From Rhodospirillaceae bacterium (GTDB lineage: Bacteria; Pseudomonadota; Alphaproteobacteria; CACIAM-22H2): a stretch of DNA of 64,000 nt. Shown here piece after piece: positions 48,343 through 59,404 of this stretch; position 1 is the first letter of the stretch; the number at the start of each line of letters is the position of its first letter. A model generated the notes under the pieces. The model did not search any database. It saw only the letters and a program-made list of their open reading frames with translations, and was not told the origin of the DNA. Both the position numbers and the translations under genes were made by a program. The DNA is taken from the NCBI GenBank assembly GCA_009694125.1, contig SHVT01000001.1:6105-70104 (forward strand). Reading direction: 5' to 3'.

Positions 48343-48801
48343 ATGACAAGCGACGAGAAGTCAGGACGCGTCGAATCGCGCCTTGAAAGGCTCTGCCTCG
48401 AAAAGGGCTTGAAGATGACCGGCCAGCGCCGCGTGATCGCTCGTGTCCTCTCCGACGCGAGTGATCATCCGGACGTCGAGCAAGTCTACAATCGCGCCGT
48501 TGCCATCGACTCCCGAATCAGCATCGCCACGGTCTATCGAACGTTACGGTTGTTCGAGGAGGCCAGCATCCTTTCGCGGCACGAATTCGGCAGCGGTCGT
48601 TCACGTTACGAAGAGGCGCGTGAGGATCATCACGACCATCTGATCGACATTCAATCCGGTCGCGTGATCGAATTCCGCAATGAAACGATTGAGACTCTGC
48701 AGCAGGAGATTGCGCGCGAGCTTGGCTATCGGCTCGTGGGGCACCGCTTGGAGCTTTATGCTTCACCCCTGAACGCGGTGCCGAAATCCGAAAAGACATG
48801 A
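48343..48801 (+). CDS. fur: Fur family transcriptional regulator (Fur/Mur/Zur-like)
   Basis: …GQRRVIARVL…HPDVEQVY…IATVYRTLRLFEEASIL…HHDHLIDIQSGRVIEF…. The ORF-track N-terminal extension is discounted, and the start was taken at MTSDEKSG. Confidence 0.8.
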   Translation: MTSDEKSGRVESRLERLCLEKGLKMTGQRRVIARVLSDASDHPDVEQVYNRAVAIDSRISIATVYRTLRLFEEASILSRHEFGSGRSRYEEAREDHHDHLIDIQSGRVIEFRNETIETLQQEIARELGYRLVGHRLELYASPLNAVPKSEKT

Positions 48802-48860
48802 ATTGATTGGATGACTTGTTGCCGATCCAACCGGCACCTGCCCAAGCAAGGAACCGGCCC

Positions 48861-49691
48861 ATGATGATCGCCGGCGAAGACCTGACCTCGACCGAACCGC
48901 CCAAGTCTCTTGGTGCGGGCCCCCTTGAAGTGCGGCTGGCGGCGGATGCGGCCGAAATCGAGGCCGCCCAGGCCCTGCGTTACCGCGTATTCTACGAAGA
49001 AATGACGGCACGCCCTTCGCCGGAGATGGCCGCCCGGCGCCGCGACCACGATGCATTCGACGACTTTTGCGATCATCTTCTGGTCATCGACACGTCGCTT
49101 CCTCTGCGGGCTTCGGCCGTGGTTGGAACCTATCGGCTGTTGCGGCGAAATGTTGCTCTTCGGCATTCCGGTTTTTATTCGTCGGCGGAATACGACATTT
49201 CCGCCTTGTTGGACTATCCGGGCGAAATCTTGGAATTGGGCCGATCCTGCGTGGACGCCGCCTATCGCAGCCGCGCGACCATGCAACTCCTGTGGCGAGG
49301 TATCTCCAGCTATATCTCCCGCCACGGCGTCGGGTTGATGTTCGGCTGCGCGAGCCTGCCCGGTACCCAGCCCCGAGACCTCGCGCTTCCTCTATCGTAT
49401 CTCCACCACCGCCACCTGGCCCCTCCCGCGCTTCGCCCTCGCGCTCTGCCGGAACGGTATGTGGGCATGAATTTCATGGATTCCACGGATTTCGACCCGC
49501 GCGTGGCGCTTTCGACTTTGCCGCCGTTGATCAAGGGCTACCTTCGACTGGGCGGCTTCGTGGGGGACGGCGCGGTGATCGACTATCAATTCAATACCAC
49601 CGATGTCTGTGTTGTCGTGAAGACCGACCTCGTGACCGAGAAATACTCCCGGCACTATCAGCGCTCCGCCCAAGAAACTTGGGTCGCGTGA
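48861..49691 (+). CDS. olsB: Ornithine lipid N-acyltransferase OlsB (GNAT-like lyso-ornithine lipid synthase)
   Basis: OlsB-like sequence directly upstream of a PlsC-type acyltransferase. ATG at 48861 follows an AAGGAA RBS. Confidence 0.7.
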   Translation: MMIAGEDLTSTEPPKSLGAGPLEVRLAADAAEIEAAQALRYRVFYEEMTARPSPEMAARRRDHDAFDDFCDHLLVIDTSLPLRASAVVGTYRLLRRNVALRHSGFYSSAEYDISALLDYPGEILELGRSCVDAAYRSRATMQLLWRGISSYISRHGVGLMFGCASLPGTQPRDLALPLSYLHHRHLAPPALRPRALPERYVGMNFMDSTDFDPRVALSTLPPLIKGYLRLGGFVGDGAVIDYQFNTTDVCVVVKTDLVTEKYSRHYQRSAQETWVA

Positions 49692-49715
49692 TTTCGGATC
49701 GAAGCGATTGGCGCC

Positions 49716-50540
49716 ATGAAGGGTTCGGTGCTGAGGGCGATCTGGCGCGCAGTGGCCTACTTTGCCCTGTCATTGGCGCTGATCTGGATTCAGGCTCTCG
49801 CCGTCTTATTCAACCACCCCATTGCCGCGCGATTACCCGTCATTTATCACCGATGGTGTTGTCGGATTCTCGGATTCACCATTGAAACGCGCGGACAGAT
49901 GTCGGCCGAACGGCCAACCCTTTTCGTCGCCAACCACACCTCTTACACGGATATGACGATTCTCGGCGCGCTGATCGAGGGTTCGTTCGTCGGCAAACGC
50001 GAAATCGCAAGCTGGCCTTGGTTCGGCATACTCGCGAAACTTCAGCGTACGGTCTTCGTCGACCGCACACGGCGCCTGGCCGCCGGGACCCAACGCGATG
50101 AAATGTCGGTGCGGCTGCTTGGCGGCGAAAACCTTATCCTTTTTCCCGAAGGTACGAGCCATGACGGCACTCACATCTTGCCGTTCAAAAGCGCGCTGCT
50201 GGCCGTTGCGGAACGCGAGGTCAGCGGGCGCAAGATCGCCGTCCAGCCGGTGACAATCGCCTATAGGTTGTTGGGCGGCGTGCCGCTCGGTCGTATCGGC
50301 CGGGCCATGGTGGCATGGTATGGCGACATGGGGCTTGCCGCGCATTTGATGCGCCTTCTTGGGTTGGGTCGGCTGACCATCAGCGTCGCTTTCCACGCAC
50401 CGATCACCATCGACGCGTTTGGCTCGCGCAAGGCTCTGGCCGAACATTGTCGCCAAGTAATTGCTGACGGACTGGCGCTTGCCCTTTCCGGCCGCGAGGC
50501 GGTGCCCGGGCCGGGTTTGACCCCGGCCCCGCAACCTTGA
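49716..50540 (+). CDS. olsA: Lyso-ornithine lipid O-acyltransferase OlsA (PlsC family)
   Basis: Acyltransferase motifs NHTSYTD (HxxxxD) and FPEGT. N-terminal TM segment. Confidence 0.75.
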   Translation: MKGSVLRAIWRAVAYFALSLALIWIQALAVLFNHPIAARLPVIYHRWCCRILGFTIETRGQMSAERPTLFVANHTSYTDMTILGALIEGSFVGKREIASWPWFGILAKLQRTVFVDRTRRLAAGTQRDEMSVRLLGGENLILFPEGTSHDGTHILPFKSALLAVAEREVSGRKIAVQPVTIAYRLLGGVPLGRIGRAMVAWYGDMGLAAHLMRLLGLGRLTISVAFHAPITIDAFGSRKALAEHCRQVIADGLALALSGREAVPGPGLTPAPQP

Positions 50541-50641
50541 CAGCAAGGGGCCGAGTGGTAGTGTTTGCCGCTGGGCTCGATAACATTCGACGATTGAACC
50601 GGCCGTCCGCCGGCAAATCTCCGGCGTCGGACCGAAGGGTA

Positions 50642-52039
50642 AGCTTGGCGAAAAGTCTCTTCATCAAGACCTATGGCTGCCAGATGAATGAGTATGACTC
50701 CGCTCGCATGGCGGATGTCATGGTCCCTCTGGGTTATCGCCAAGTCGGCCGGATCGGCGACGCGGACCTCATCATTTTGAATACCTGCCACATTCGCGAG
50801 AAGGCGGCAGAGAAGGTCTTTTCCGAGCTCGGGAGGATTCGCGAAGTCAAGGTCGCGGGGCAACTGACGGGTCGCCGCGTCCTGATCGCGGTTGCCGGGT
50901 GCGTGGCCCAGGCCGAGGGCAATGAAATCATCCGCCGCGCGCCCTACGTGGATCTGCTCATCGGGCCGCAGACCTATCATCGGCTGCCCGAAATGGTGAT
51001 ACGGGCGTTGAGTTTGCCGCATGGCGGAACGATCGCCGACACGGAGTTCCCGCTCGAGGTCAAGTTCGATCGGCTGCCTGAGGAATCGGCGCCGCGAGGC
51101 GTTGCCGCTTATCTCACGGTTCAGGAAGGCTGCGACAAGTTTTGCACTTTCTGCGTGGTGCCCTATACGCGCGGCGCCGAATACTCACGCCCGGCCGCGG
51201 ACGTTGAAAGCGAGGCCCGCCGCTTGGTGCGTGCTGGCGCCATGGAAATCACGTTGCTTGGTCAGAACGTCAATGCCTATCGCACGGCGGTTCCAGGCGA
51301 TCGCGATATGACTCTAGGCCGCCTCATCCGCCGATTGGCGGCGATCGAGGGGCTGGAGCGGCTCCGCTACACGACATCGCACCCGCGCGACATGAATGAC
51401 GACCTTATCGAGGCGCATGCGGAGGAACCCAAACTCATGCCCTTTTTGCATCTTCCCGCCCAATCGGGATCGGATCGCATTCTCGCGGCCATGAACCGCC
51501 GCCATGGGGCCGCGGATTATTTGAGTGTCGTCGAACGCCTGCGTGCCGCGCGGCCGGACATTGCCCTATCGTCGGATTTCATCGTTGGCTACCCCGGTGA
51601 AACCGAGGCCGATTTTGAGCACACGCTCGCCCTGGTGCGCGAGGTCGGCTACGCCCAGGCTTTTTCATTCAAATACAGCGCGAGGCCCGGTACACCCGCG
51701 GCCGAAAGCAATGAAAGCGTTCCCGAAGAGGTAAAGGACGAGCGCCTTGCTCGATTGCAAGCGCTGCTGGCCGATCAAAGGACCGATTTCAACAACGCCA
51801 CCGTGGATCGGGAGCTTGACGTGCTTTTCGAAAGACCGGGTCGCCTTCCCGGCCAATTGTCGGGACGCTCGCCCTATTTGCAAGGTGTGCATGTCGAGGG
51901 ACCGCCGGCGTATATCGGCAAAGTGGGGCGTGTGCGTATCGAGGCGGCTACCCCCGGCAGCCTGTCGGGAAGGCTGCGCCATCCATCGGTTTCGGCGGGC
52001 GGCCGCGGCGAACTTGGTCTGGCGAGTCCAGCCGCGTGA
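50642..52039 (+). CDS. miaB: tRNA-2-methylthio-N6-dimethylallyladenosine synthase MiaB
   Basis: …[15 protein letters not shown]… MTTase N-domain. Radical SAM cysteine motif [12 protein letters not shown] domain. Putative TTG start at 50642. Confidence 0.85.
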   Translation, partial: SLAKSLFIKTYGCQMNEYDSARMADVMVPLGYRQVGRIGDADLIILNTCHIREKAAEKVFSELGRIREVKVAGQLTGRRVLIAVAGCVAQAEGNEIIRRAPYVDLLIGPQTYHRLPEMVIRALSLPHGGTIADTEFPLEVKFDRLPEESAPRGVAAYLTVQEGCDKFCTFCVVPYTRGAEYSRPAADVESEARRLVRAGAMEITLLGQNVNAYRTAVPGDRDMTLGRLIRRLAAIEGLERLRYTTSHPRDMNDDLIEAHAEEPKLMPFLHLPAQSGSDRILAAMNRRHGAADYLSVVERLRAARPDIALSSDFIVGYPGETEADFEHTLALVREVGYAQAFSFKYSARPGTPAAESNESVPEEVKDERLARLQALLADQRTDFNNATVDRELDVLFERPGRLPGQLSGRSPYLQGVHVEGPPAYIGKVGRVRIEAATPGSLSGRLRHPSVSAGGRGELGLASPAA

Positions 52040-53058
52040 CGACGCTTTCTCGGCGCTCTGGATCGAATAGCCCGGACGCCGCCCCGATTCATCTGCAATT
52101 CGACGACAACACATTACTGGCGCCGCTTTACGGTGAACACGATAGGCATCTTGCGCGGATCGAGCAGCGGCTCGGAGTCAGCCTCCGCTCGCGCGGCAAC
52201 CGGCTGGCGATTTCGGGCCCACAACAGGCCAGCGCCGCTGCCAAGGCGGCGCTTGGCGCGCTTTACGATCGGTTGAAGCACGGTCAACCCGTCGACCTGG
52301 GCGAGGTGGAGGCGGCAATACGCCTAGCGACGTCCGTGCCGGGAGAGGGTGCAAGCGACGCGGCGGGCGACGACGTGGCCTTCCGCACCAAGAAGCGCAA
52401 CATCGTTCCGCGATCGGCCAATCAACTGGCCTATGCGCGCGCGCTCCGCGACTATGAATTGGTCTTCGCTCTCGGGCCGGCCGGGACCGGCAAGACCTAC
52501 CTCGCGGTCGCTCAGGCCGTGACCATGCTGCTGTCGGGTCAGGTCGATCGCATCATCTTGTCGCGCCCCGCGGTGGAGGCTGGCGAAAGACTTGGCTTTC
52601 TTCCCGGCGATCTCAGGGAGAAGGTCGATCCCTATCTGCGGCCGCTATACGACGCTCTCCACGACATGTTGCCCGGCGATCAGGTGTTGAAGCGGCTTGC
52701 GCTCGGCGAGATCGAGGTCGCGCCACTCGCATTCATGCGCGGCCGAACCCTGGCCAATTCCTTTGTCATCCTGGATGAGGCGCAGAACACAACGCCCGTT
52801 CAGATGAAGATGTTCTTGACGAGGCTCGGTGAACATTCCCGGATGGTGGTTACCGGCGATCCCAGTCAAATCGACCTTCCCGAGGGGGTCGATTCGGGTC
52901 TGCGCGACGCCTTGGGCGCTCTCAACGGACTTCAGGGGGCGGCCTTCATCCACTTCACCGATGTGGATATCATGCGCCATCCCCTCGTGACACGTATCGT
53001 TCGTGCCTATCAGGATCAGGCGCAGCAGCGGGGCAAACCGGGGCGTCCATCAACATGA
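52036..53058 (+). CDS. phoH: PhoH family ATPase
   Basis: Walker [12 protein letters not shown] start overlapping the miaB stop (GTGA). Confidence 0.85.
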   Translation: MTTLSRRSGSNSPDAAPIHLQFDDNTLLAPLYGEHDRHLARIEQRLGVSLRSRGNRLAISGPQQASAAAKAALGALYDRLKHGQPVDLGEVEAAIRLATSVPGEGASDAAGDDVAFRTKKRNIVPRSANQLAYARALRDYELVFALGPAGTGKTYLAVAQAVTMLLSGQVDRIILSRPAVEAGERLGFLPGDLREKVDPYLRPLYDALHDMLPGDQVLKRLALGEIEVAPLAFMRGRTLANSFVILDEAQNTTPVQMKMFLTRLGEHSRMVVTGDPSQIDLPEGVDSGLRDALGALNGLQGAAFIHFTDVDIMRHPLVTRIVRAYQDQAQQRGKPGRPST

Positions 53059-53570
53059 AAGGCGACACGAGGCGCCAATCAACGCGAAGGAATCGCATCG
53101 CCGTCCGCGTTTTGGATGGCGCGTGGAAGCAGGCCTTGCCGGCGCCCGCCGTAAAGTGCCGGCGGTTCGCCGCGGCCGCGTTGCGAACCATCGACCCCAA
53201 GGATGCCATCGAACTATGCATCGTCCTCGCCGACGATGGATTTGTGCGCGACCTAAACCGCGCCTGGCGCGGCCAGGACCGCCCGACCAACGTGTTGTCC
53301 TTTCCCGCCGGCGAGCCCCACCCCGATGGAAGCGCCGCGGAGCCGACGAACCTCGGCGACGTTGTCGTGGCTCTTGGCACGACGGCGCGCGAGGCCGCGG
53401 CGCAGGGCAAGACGTTGTCGGATCACCTTGCTCATTTGGTTGTCCATGGCGTGCTTCATCTTTTCGGCCACGACCACGTGAAGGCGCGTGCGGCGGCGGC
53501 GATGGAGCGTATGGAGGTGAGCATTCTCGCGGGGCTCGGCGTCGCCAATCCCTATGCGGCGGCGGCGTGA
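53055..53570 (+). CDS. ybeY: Endoribonuclease YbeY
   Basis: HGVLHLFGHDH zinc-binding motif. Confidence 0.85.
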   Translation: MKGDTRRQSTRRNRIAVRVLDGAWKQALPAPAVKCRRFAAAALRTIDPKDAIELCIVLADDGFVRDLNRAWRGQDRPTNVLSFPAGEPHPDGSAAEPTNLGDVVVALGTTAREAAAQGKTLSDHLAHLVVHGVLHLFGHDHVKARAAAAMERMEVSILAGLGVANPYAAAA

Positions 53571-53578
53571 TCCGGGCG

Positions 53579-54475
53579 ATGGCGGAGACTCCCACGACTC
53601 AGCCGGATGCCACCGGCGGCGAAGAACAACCCGCCAGTTGGCGCGTGTTCGAGTGGCTGCGACCATCGCGGCGCCCGCGGCAGCCGGAGGCATCGCCGCG
53701 CGAGACGCTGGAAGAATTGATTGAAAAGCGTGAAGAGGCTCAGATACCGATCAGCGCCGACGAAAAGGCTCTCCTCGGCAACATCCTCAAATTGGTCGGT
53801 CTCAGCGCGGCGGACATCATGGTGCCGCGCGCCGATATCGTCGCGGTGGAGATCGACACCCCCCTGCCCGAATTGCTGCAACTTATTCGGCGTGAGGCGC
53901 ATTCGCGCTTTCCCGTCTACAGGGGCACGCTCGACGAGGTCGTCGGCATGGTCCACATCAAGGATGTGTTGCGGTTTTGGGGCGACGAACCGCGTTTCAA
54001 ACTCGCCGACATCGTGCGCAAGGTTCTGTTCGCGGCGCCTTCGATGCGCGTGCGCGATCTGTTGCTCGAGATGCGGGCCACGCGCATTCACATGGCTTTG
54101 GTCGTCGATGAATATGGCGGCATCGACGGGTTGGTCACAATCGAGGATCTCGTCGAAGAAATCGTCGGCGATATCGAGGACGAGCACGATGTCGCCGAGG
54201 GTCCCCGGCTGGTGGCGCAGCCCGATGGCAGCATCGTGGCCGACGCGCGCGCAACCATCGAGGAGTTCGAGGAAAAACTGGGGCCGATCCTGACCGCGGA
54301 AGAACGAGAGGGTGAGTTCGATACGGTTGGCGGCATGGTTGTCGCCTTGGCCGGCCGAGTACCCAGCCGCGGCGAAGTCATCGGCCATCCGGCCGGAATC
54401 GAATTTGAAGTGCTCGACGCCGATCCGCGTCGCGTGAAGCGCCTGTGTGTTCGGCGAAACCGGCCGCATCGCTGA
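53579..54475 (+). CDS. CorC/HlyC family protein (tandem CBS + transporter-associated domain)
   Basis: Start taken at MAETPTT. CBS pair and CorC_HlyC C-terminus. The long upstream extension in the ORF track is discounted. Confidence 0.8.
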   Translation: MAETPTTQPDATGGEEQPASWRVFEWLRPSRRPRQPEASPRETLEELIEKREEAQIPISADEKALLGNILKLVGLSAADIMVPRADIVAVEIDTPLPELLQLIRREAHSRFPVYRGTLDEVVGMVHIKDVLRFWGDEPRFKLADIVRKVLFAAPSMRVRDLLLEMRATRIHMALVVDEYGGIDGLVTIEDLVEEIVGDIEDEHDVAEGPRLVAQPDGSIVADARATIEEFEEKLGPILTAEEREGEFDTVGGMVVALAGRVPSRGEVIGHPAGIEFEVLDADPRRVKRLCVRRNRPHR

Positions 54476-56022
54476 ACCGCGCAGCCGCGTTCGTGCGTGA
54501 AGTGGCGGGTTGGCGCCGGGCCGCGCTGGCCTGCGGTGCCGGTGTCGCGTCGACTCTGGCCCTGCCGCCGCTTCATCTGCTGCCCTTCTTGTTCGTGGCA
54601 TTCGTCGTCCTCGTCTTGTTGATCGAGGCAAGTCCATCTGCGCGTGCGGCCTTCGCGCTGGGCTGGTGGTTCGGTGTCGGTCAGTTCGCGAGCGGCCTCT
54701 ATTGGATTGCCCACGCATTGCTGGTCGACGCCGAGCGCTTCGGATGGCTCGTGCCGTTTGCCGTCGGCGGCCTCTCCGCGGGGCTCGCGATCTTCACCGC
54801 GATCGCGGTCGTGCTCGCCCGGTCGCTGGGTAAACGAGGTGAGGCCCTCGTGGTCGCTTTGGCCGCGTCTTGGGCGGCGATGGAATGGCTCCGGGGCACG
54901 ATCCTTACCGGGTTTCCCTGGAATCCGATGTCCAGCGCATGGATCGAATCGACAGCGGTGGCGCAGTCGGCCGCCCTATTTGGGGCCTACGGCTTGAGCC
55001 TCGTCACGGTCCAGGTCGCCGCCGCGCCGGCGACCCTGGCGGCATCCGCCGGCGCGCGGCCATGGTCGCGACTGCGCCCCACCGTTCTTGCCGCTCTTGT
55101 GTTGGCGACGTTGCATATCGGCGGCTGGATGCGGATTGCCGACGTCGAGGACTCGCTTGTCCCCGGCATTCGCCTCCGCATCGTTCAGGGCAACATCGAA
55201 CAGGCGTTGAAATGGCGGCCCGAGCAGGCGGAAGCGAGCTTTCAGCGCTACTTGAGGCTTTCGGCGTCGCTTTCCGATCTTCCCGTCACACACGTCATTT
55301 GGCCCGAGACCGCGGCGCCAATTCTGTTAACGGGCGATCCGGTACGCCGCGCCGCCATCGGCGCCGTGGTTCCGCCCGGCGGTCTGGCCCTTATCGGCGT
55401 GATACGGGCCGAGTTCGAAGGCGGTCGCGTTCAACGTGCTTGGAATAGCCTTCAGGCGCTCGACCCTGCCGGAAGCATCGTGGGCACCTACGACAAGTTT
55501 CATCTCGTCCCCTTCGGGGAATACATGCCCTTCCGCGCGTATCTCGCGGGATTCGAGTTTATTCCCGGTTCGCTTGATTTCTCCACCGGTCCGGGCGTGG
55601 TGACGCTCGACCTGCCCGGGTTGCCAGCCGTCGGTCCCCTTATCTGCTACGAGGTCATCTTTCCCGGCGAAGTCGTAAACCCCGATCGGCGGCCGATGTG
55701 GTTGCTTAATCTCACGAACGATGCCTGGTTCGGACACTCGAGCGGCCCGTACCAACATCTTGCCAGTGCGCGAATGCGCGCGATCGAAGAAGGACTGCCG
55801 CTTGTTCGCGCCGCCAACACCGGTATTTCGGCGGTCATCGACCCTTATGGCCGGGTCGTCGCGAGCCTGGGTCTGGGTCGCGAAGGCATCATCGATTCCG
55901 CCCTGCCTAGGCCCCTCGCTAGCCTCACGATGTTCGCGTCATACGGGAATTGGATAACCGGCGTTCTGATTGCGGCGATGGCCCTCGTCGCGGCTTGGGC
56001 CGGGCGCAGACCCAAGAGTTGA
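54445..56022 (+). CDS. lnt: Apolipoprotein N-acyltransferase
   Basis: N-terminal TM bundle plus a C-terminal nitrilase-type CN-hydrolase domain (…WPETAAP…ICYEVIFP…). The true start may be the GTG at ~54493, after the corC stop. Confidence 0.8.
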   Translation: MCSAKPAASLNRAAAFVREVAGWRRAALACGAGVASTLALPPLHLLPFLFVAFVVLVLLIEASPSARAAFALGWWFGVGQFASGLYWIAHALLVDAERFGWLVPFAVGGLSAGLAIFTAIAVVLARSLGKRGEALVVALAASWAAMEWLRGTILTGFPWNPMSSAWIESTAVAQSAALFGAYGLSLVTVQVAAAPATLAASAGARPWSRLRPTVLAALVLATLHIGGWMRIADVEDSLVPGIRLRIVQGNIEQALKWRPEQAEASFQRYLRLSASLSDLPVTHVIWPETAAPILLTGDPVRRAAIGAVVPPGGLALIGVIRAEFEGGRVQRAWNSLQALDPAGSIVGTYDKFHLVPFGEYMPFRAYLAGFEFIPGSLDFSTGPGVVTLDLPGLPAVGPLICYEVIFPGEVVNPDRRPMWLLNLTNDAWFGHSSGPYQHLASARMRAIEEGLPLVRAANTGISAVIDPYGRVVASLGLGREGIIDSALPRPLASLTMFASYGNWITGVLIAAMALVAAWAGRRPKS

Positions 56023-56149
56023 TGAATATCATACCTTGCGCCCAACCCCATTAGGTTGCATGCCGCTGAACTTAAGTTGATATTGACCCTCTACAACCCA
56101 AAGGATTAAAGGTTGTCCCTCTTTCATCAAATGGTTGGACCGGTGTTTC

Positions 56150-56629
56150 ATGAATGCAGCCACGCTTCGCACCCGTCGCGGACGCGGCGGTCGTGCCCTT
56201 AATGGCCGACCCAATCCGATCGATGTGTATGTCGGAAGCCGGGTGCGTCTGCGGCGCGCGCAGCAGCGGATGAGCCAGGAAAGATTGGGCCAGGCCATCG
56301 GCCTCAGCTTTCAGCAGGTCCAAAAATACGAGCGAGGGGCCAACCGTGTTGGCGCCAGTCGCTTGTACGAACTCAGCCGCGTTCTCGACGTGCAGGTGTC
56401 TTATTTCTTCGAGGACATGCCGGACGAGGCCACCTCTCGCGGTAAAGGCCATGCCGCCGCTAACGGCAACGGCGAAGCCCACGAGACAGATCCGATGACC
56501 CGTCGCGAAACCCTGGGGCTGGTCCGCGCCTATTACCGCATCGTGGAGCCGAAGGTTCGCAAGCGCGTCTTCGAGATGGTCAAGGCGGTGGCCAGCGTCA
56601 GCGCGCAGCCCGTCAAGAAGCGCGCCTAA
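56150..56629 (+). CDS. XRE-family helix-turn-helix transcriptional regulator
   Basis: HTH segment RVRLRRAQQRMSQERLGQAIGLSFQQVQKYERGANRV. Confidence 0.7.
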   Translation: MNAATLRTRRGRGGRALNGRPNPIDVYVGSRVRLRRAQQRMSQERLGQAIGLSFQQVQKYERGANRVGASRLYELSRVLDVQVSYFFEDMPDEATSRGKGHAAANGNGEAHETDPMTRRETLGLVRAYYRIVEPKVRKRVFEMVKAVASVSAQPVKKRA

Positions 56630-56783
56630 CCAACTCGCCGGTTCTCCCAAATTGCGGCTCCGCGCACCGGCCCTCCGGCGGGCGGAGCATTCGGCTTGAC
56701 GCACCCGCGAAAGCTGGTAACAAGAGCCCCGCTGCGCGGTATCGCGCGCCGCCCAGTCGACGGCAGCGCCGGGGGAGATGACA

Positions 56784-57974
56784 GTGCCGAAAGGCGATTT
56801 CGTATTCACCAGCGAATCGGTGTCCGAGGGGCACCCCGATAAGATCTGCGACCGCATTTCGGACTCGATCGTCGATCTGTTTCTGGCCGCCGACCCGATT
56901 TCGCGTGTCGCCTGCGAGACCCTTGCGACAACGAACCGCGTTGTCATCGCCGGCGAAGTCAGGGGGCCGCCGCCCTTGGTCGACCGCGCCGGTCACGTCG
57001 ACAAGGCGCGCCTGGAGCAGGTTGTCCGGACCGCGGTGCGCGAGATCGGGTACGACCAGGTGGGATTCGACTGGCAAAGGCTGGAGGTGGAGAACTACCT
57101 TCATTCGCAGTCGCCGGACATCGCACAGGGCGTTGATGCTAAGGGCAACAAGGACGAAGGCGCCGGCGATCAGGGAATCATGTTCGGCTTCGCCTGCGAT
57201 GAAACGCCTGAGTTGATGCCGGCGCCGATCCAATTCGCGCACAACATTCTCCGTGCGTTGTCGGAAGCCCGCCACGCCGGCCGCGAGCCGCTCCTGGGTC
57301 CCGATGCGAAGAGCCAAGTGACGCTGCAATATGTCAACGGCCGCCCGGCCAACTCGACGGCCATCGTCCTATCCACCCAACACAGCGAAAAAATCGGTCA
57401 GGACGAGGTCCGCGAGATCGTGCGGCCCTATGTGAACAAAGTGCTGCCCCATGGCTGGATGTGCAAAGAGGAACAATTCTACGTCAACCCCACCGGCAGA
57501 TTCGTCATTGGTGGTCCGGACGGAGACTGCGGGCTGACCGGGCGCAAGATCATTGTCGACACCTATGGCGGCGCCGCCCCGCACGGCGGCGGCGCGTTTT
57601 CGGGCAAGGATCCGACGAAGGTCGATCGCTCCGCCGCTTATGCCGCGCGATATCTTGCCAAGAACGTCGTCGCTTCCGGCCTGGCACAGCGTTGCCTCAT
57701 TCAACTCGCTTATGCCATCGGCGTTTCGCGACCCCTGTCCGTTTTTGTCGATACGCAAGGCACTGGCCAGGTCGATGAGGGGCGTTTGTCCAAGGTTCTT
57801 CAAGATCTCGTGGATTTGTCGCCGCGCGGCATCCGCGAACATCTGGGATTGAACCGGCCGATTTATGCCCGGACCTCCGCTTACGGCCATTTCGGCCGGG
57901 CGCCGGACAAGGATGGCGGTTTTTCGTGGGAGCGTCTCGATCTCGTCGGATCTCTCAAATCCGCCTGCGCTTGA
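56784..57974 (+). CDS. metK: S-adenosylmethionine synthetase
   Basis: …[18 protein letters not shown]… N-terminus and a full-length MetK. GTG at 56784 has better spacing to the GGGGGAG RBS than the ATG at 56778. Confidence 0.9.
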   Translation: MPKGDFVFTSESVSEGHPDKICDRISDSIVDLFLAADPISRVACETLATTNRVVIAGEVRGPPPLVDRAGHVDKARLEQVVRTAVREIGYDQVGFDWQRLEVENYLHSQSPDIAQGVDAKGNKDEGAGDQGIMFGFACDETPELMPAPIQFAHNILRALSEARHAGREPLLGPDAKSQVTLQYVNGRPANSTAIVLSTQHSEKIGQDEVREIVRPYVNKVLPHGWMCKEEQFYVNPTGRFVIGGPDGDCGLTGRKIIVDTYGGAAPHGGGAFSGKDPTKVDRSAAYAARYLAKNVVASGLAQRCLIQLAYAIGVSRPLSVFVDTQGTGQVDEGRLSKVLQDLVDLSPRGIREHLGLNRPIYARTSAYGHFGRAPDKDGGFSWERLDLVGSLKSACA

Positions 57975-58689
57975 TGCTTCGCCGCCCGCGCGTCCGGTCT
58001 TTTATGGCCGCCGCCAGGGTCGCCGCCTTCGCCCCCATCGGGCGAAGCTGTGGGATACCCTGCTGCCAAATCTTAGGGTCGTCGTTCCCGCGGGTTCCGC
58101 GCGGATCGATCCCCGGTCGTTATTTGCTCCCCCGATTTCGGACGTATGGCTCGAAATCGGCTTTGGCGGCGGTGAACATATCGCGGCCCAGGCGGAGGCT
58201 AACCCGCAGGTCGGGTTGATCGGGGCCGAGCCATTCGTTAACGGCGTGGCCACGCTGCTGGCCCGGATCGACGAATTTCCGCTGGCGAATATCCGCATCT
58301 TTCCCGACGATGTGCGTCCGCTGCTGGCGGCGATCGAGGATGCGAGCATCGCGCGCGCCTTCATCCTGTTCCCCGACCCTTGGCCGAAGCTGCGCCACCA
58401 CCGAAGGCGGATCGTCGGTCCAGAGACGCTTGATGCCTTGGCTCGCATTCTGGTCGATGGCGCCGAACTGCGGCTGGCCACCGATCACCCCGGATATGTG
58501 CAGTGGATGTTGTGGCATCTCCTACGCCACCCTGCCTTCGCCTGGCGCGCGCGCTCACCCGCGGATTGGCGGCAACGGCCGGGGGATTGGCCCAAAACTC
58601 GATATGAAGCCAAGGCCCTTGCCGAGGGTAAAACGTGCACGTTCCTGACCTTCGAGCGCCTCGCGCGCCAGGGTGTCGGCCATCCCTGA
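57913..58689 (+). CDS. trmB: tRNA (guanine46-N7)-methyltransferase
   Basis: [10 protein letters not shown]…EIGFGGGEH…LFPDPWPK motifs. The only in-frame ATG upstream of the conserved N-terminus is at 57913, which gives an ~60-nt overlap with the metK 3' end. Confidence 0.75.
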   Translation: MAVFRGSVSISSDLSNPPALDASPPARPVFYGRRQGRRLRPHRAKLWDTLLPNLRVVVPAGSARIDPRSLFAPPISDVWLEIGFGGGEHIAAQAEANPQVGLIGAEPFVNGVATLLARIDEFPLANIRIFPDDVRPLLAAIEDASIARAFILFPDPWPKLRHHRRRIVGPETLDALARILVDGAELRLATDHPGYVQWMLWHLLRHPAFAWRARSPADWRQRPGDWPKTRYEAKALAEGKTCTFLTFERLARQGVGHP

Positions 58690-58778
58690 AGCGGCGAAAG
58701 ACCTTGCAGTCGGCGCGGGAGTGACTATATTTTCCGCATAATCCCGTTTGATCCGTCACCACGATGGATTGGTTTAAG

Positions 58779-58805
58779 GGTGGGCAAAGGCCCGCCTTTT
58801 TTGTT
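58779..58805 (+). terminator. Rho-independent terminator-like hairpin upstream of rimP
   Basis: GGTGGGC-AAAG-GCCCGCC: a 7-bp stem with one G·U and a 4-nt loop. It is followed by TTTTTTGTT. Confidence 0.55.
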
Positions 58806-58830
58806 CGTGTCTCCCTAACGTGGCGGAGGA

Positions 58831-59352
58831 ATGCGGAGCGAGGAGAATTTGGGCGTGACGGAATCGACGGAGAAGATCGAGCGGCTGGTGGCGCCGACCT
58901 TGCAATCGATGGGTTTCGATCTCGTCCGTGTATCGGTGTCCGGCGGGCGCCATCCGACCCTGCAGGTGATGGCCGAACGTCTCGACGGCGTGGCCATGAC
59001 GGTGGAAGATTGTGCGGCAATCAGCCGCGCTTTATCGGCCGGACTGGATGGCGAGGACCCATTGGTCGGGCCCTACACACTCGAAGTCAGCTCGCCGGGT
59101 ATCGACCGGCCACTCGTACGGCCGCAGGATTTCGCTCGGTTCAGTGGTTTTTTCGCTCGAATTGAGACCAATGAACCCGTCGACGGCCGGCGGCGGTTTT
59201 CGGGAAGATTGTTGGGGATCGCCGACGGGCTCGTTCGCGTGCGGCAGGACGACAAGGATGTGGAATTCAACTTCGCCGACATCAAACGGGCGAAGCTCAT
59301 GTTGATGGATGGTTTGATCGCGGCAGGCGAAAAAGGACGTCGTCCCGGCTAG
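58831..59352 (+). CDS. rimP: Ribosome maturation factor RimP
   Basis: Conserved position upstream of nusA, with RimP-like sequence. An alternative GTG start at 58855 has better RBS spacing. Confidence 0.8.
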   Translation: MRSEENLGVTESTEKIERLVAPTLQSMGFDLVRVSVSGGRHPTLQVMAERLDGVAMTVEDCAAISRALSAGLDGEDPLVGPYTLEVSSPGIDRPLVRPQDFARFSGFFARIETNEPVDGRRRFSGRLLGIADGLVRVRQDDKDVEFNFADIKRAKLMLMDGLIAAGEKGRRPG

Positions 59353-59404
59353 TTGGTGTAATCAGTGGACCCCGCCGCATCGGCGTGGGCCGGAGTCGAG
59401 AAAG

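Noticed and set aside
53003-53578. Long N-terminal extension of the corC ORF, overlapping phoH/ybeY
   Set aside because: Wrong-frame read-through across ybeY. The CorC homology begins at MAETPTT (53579).
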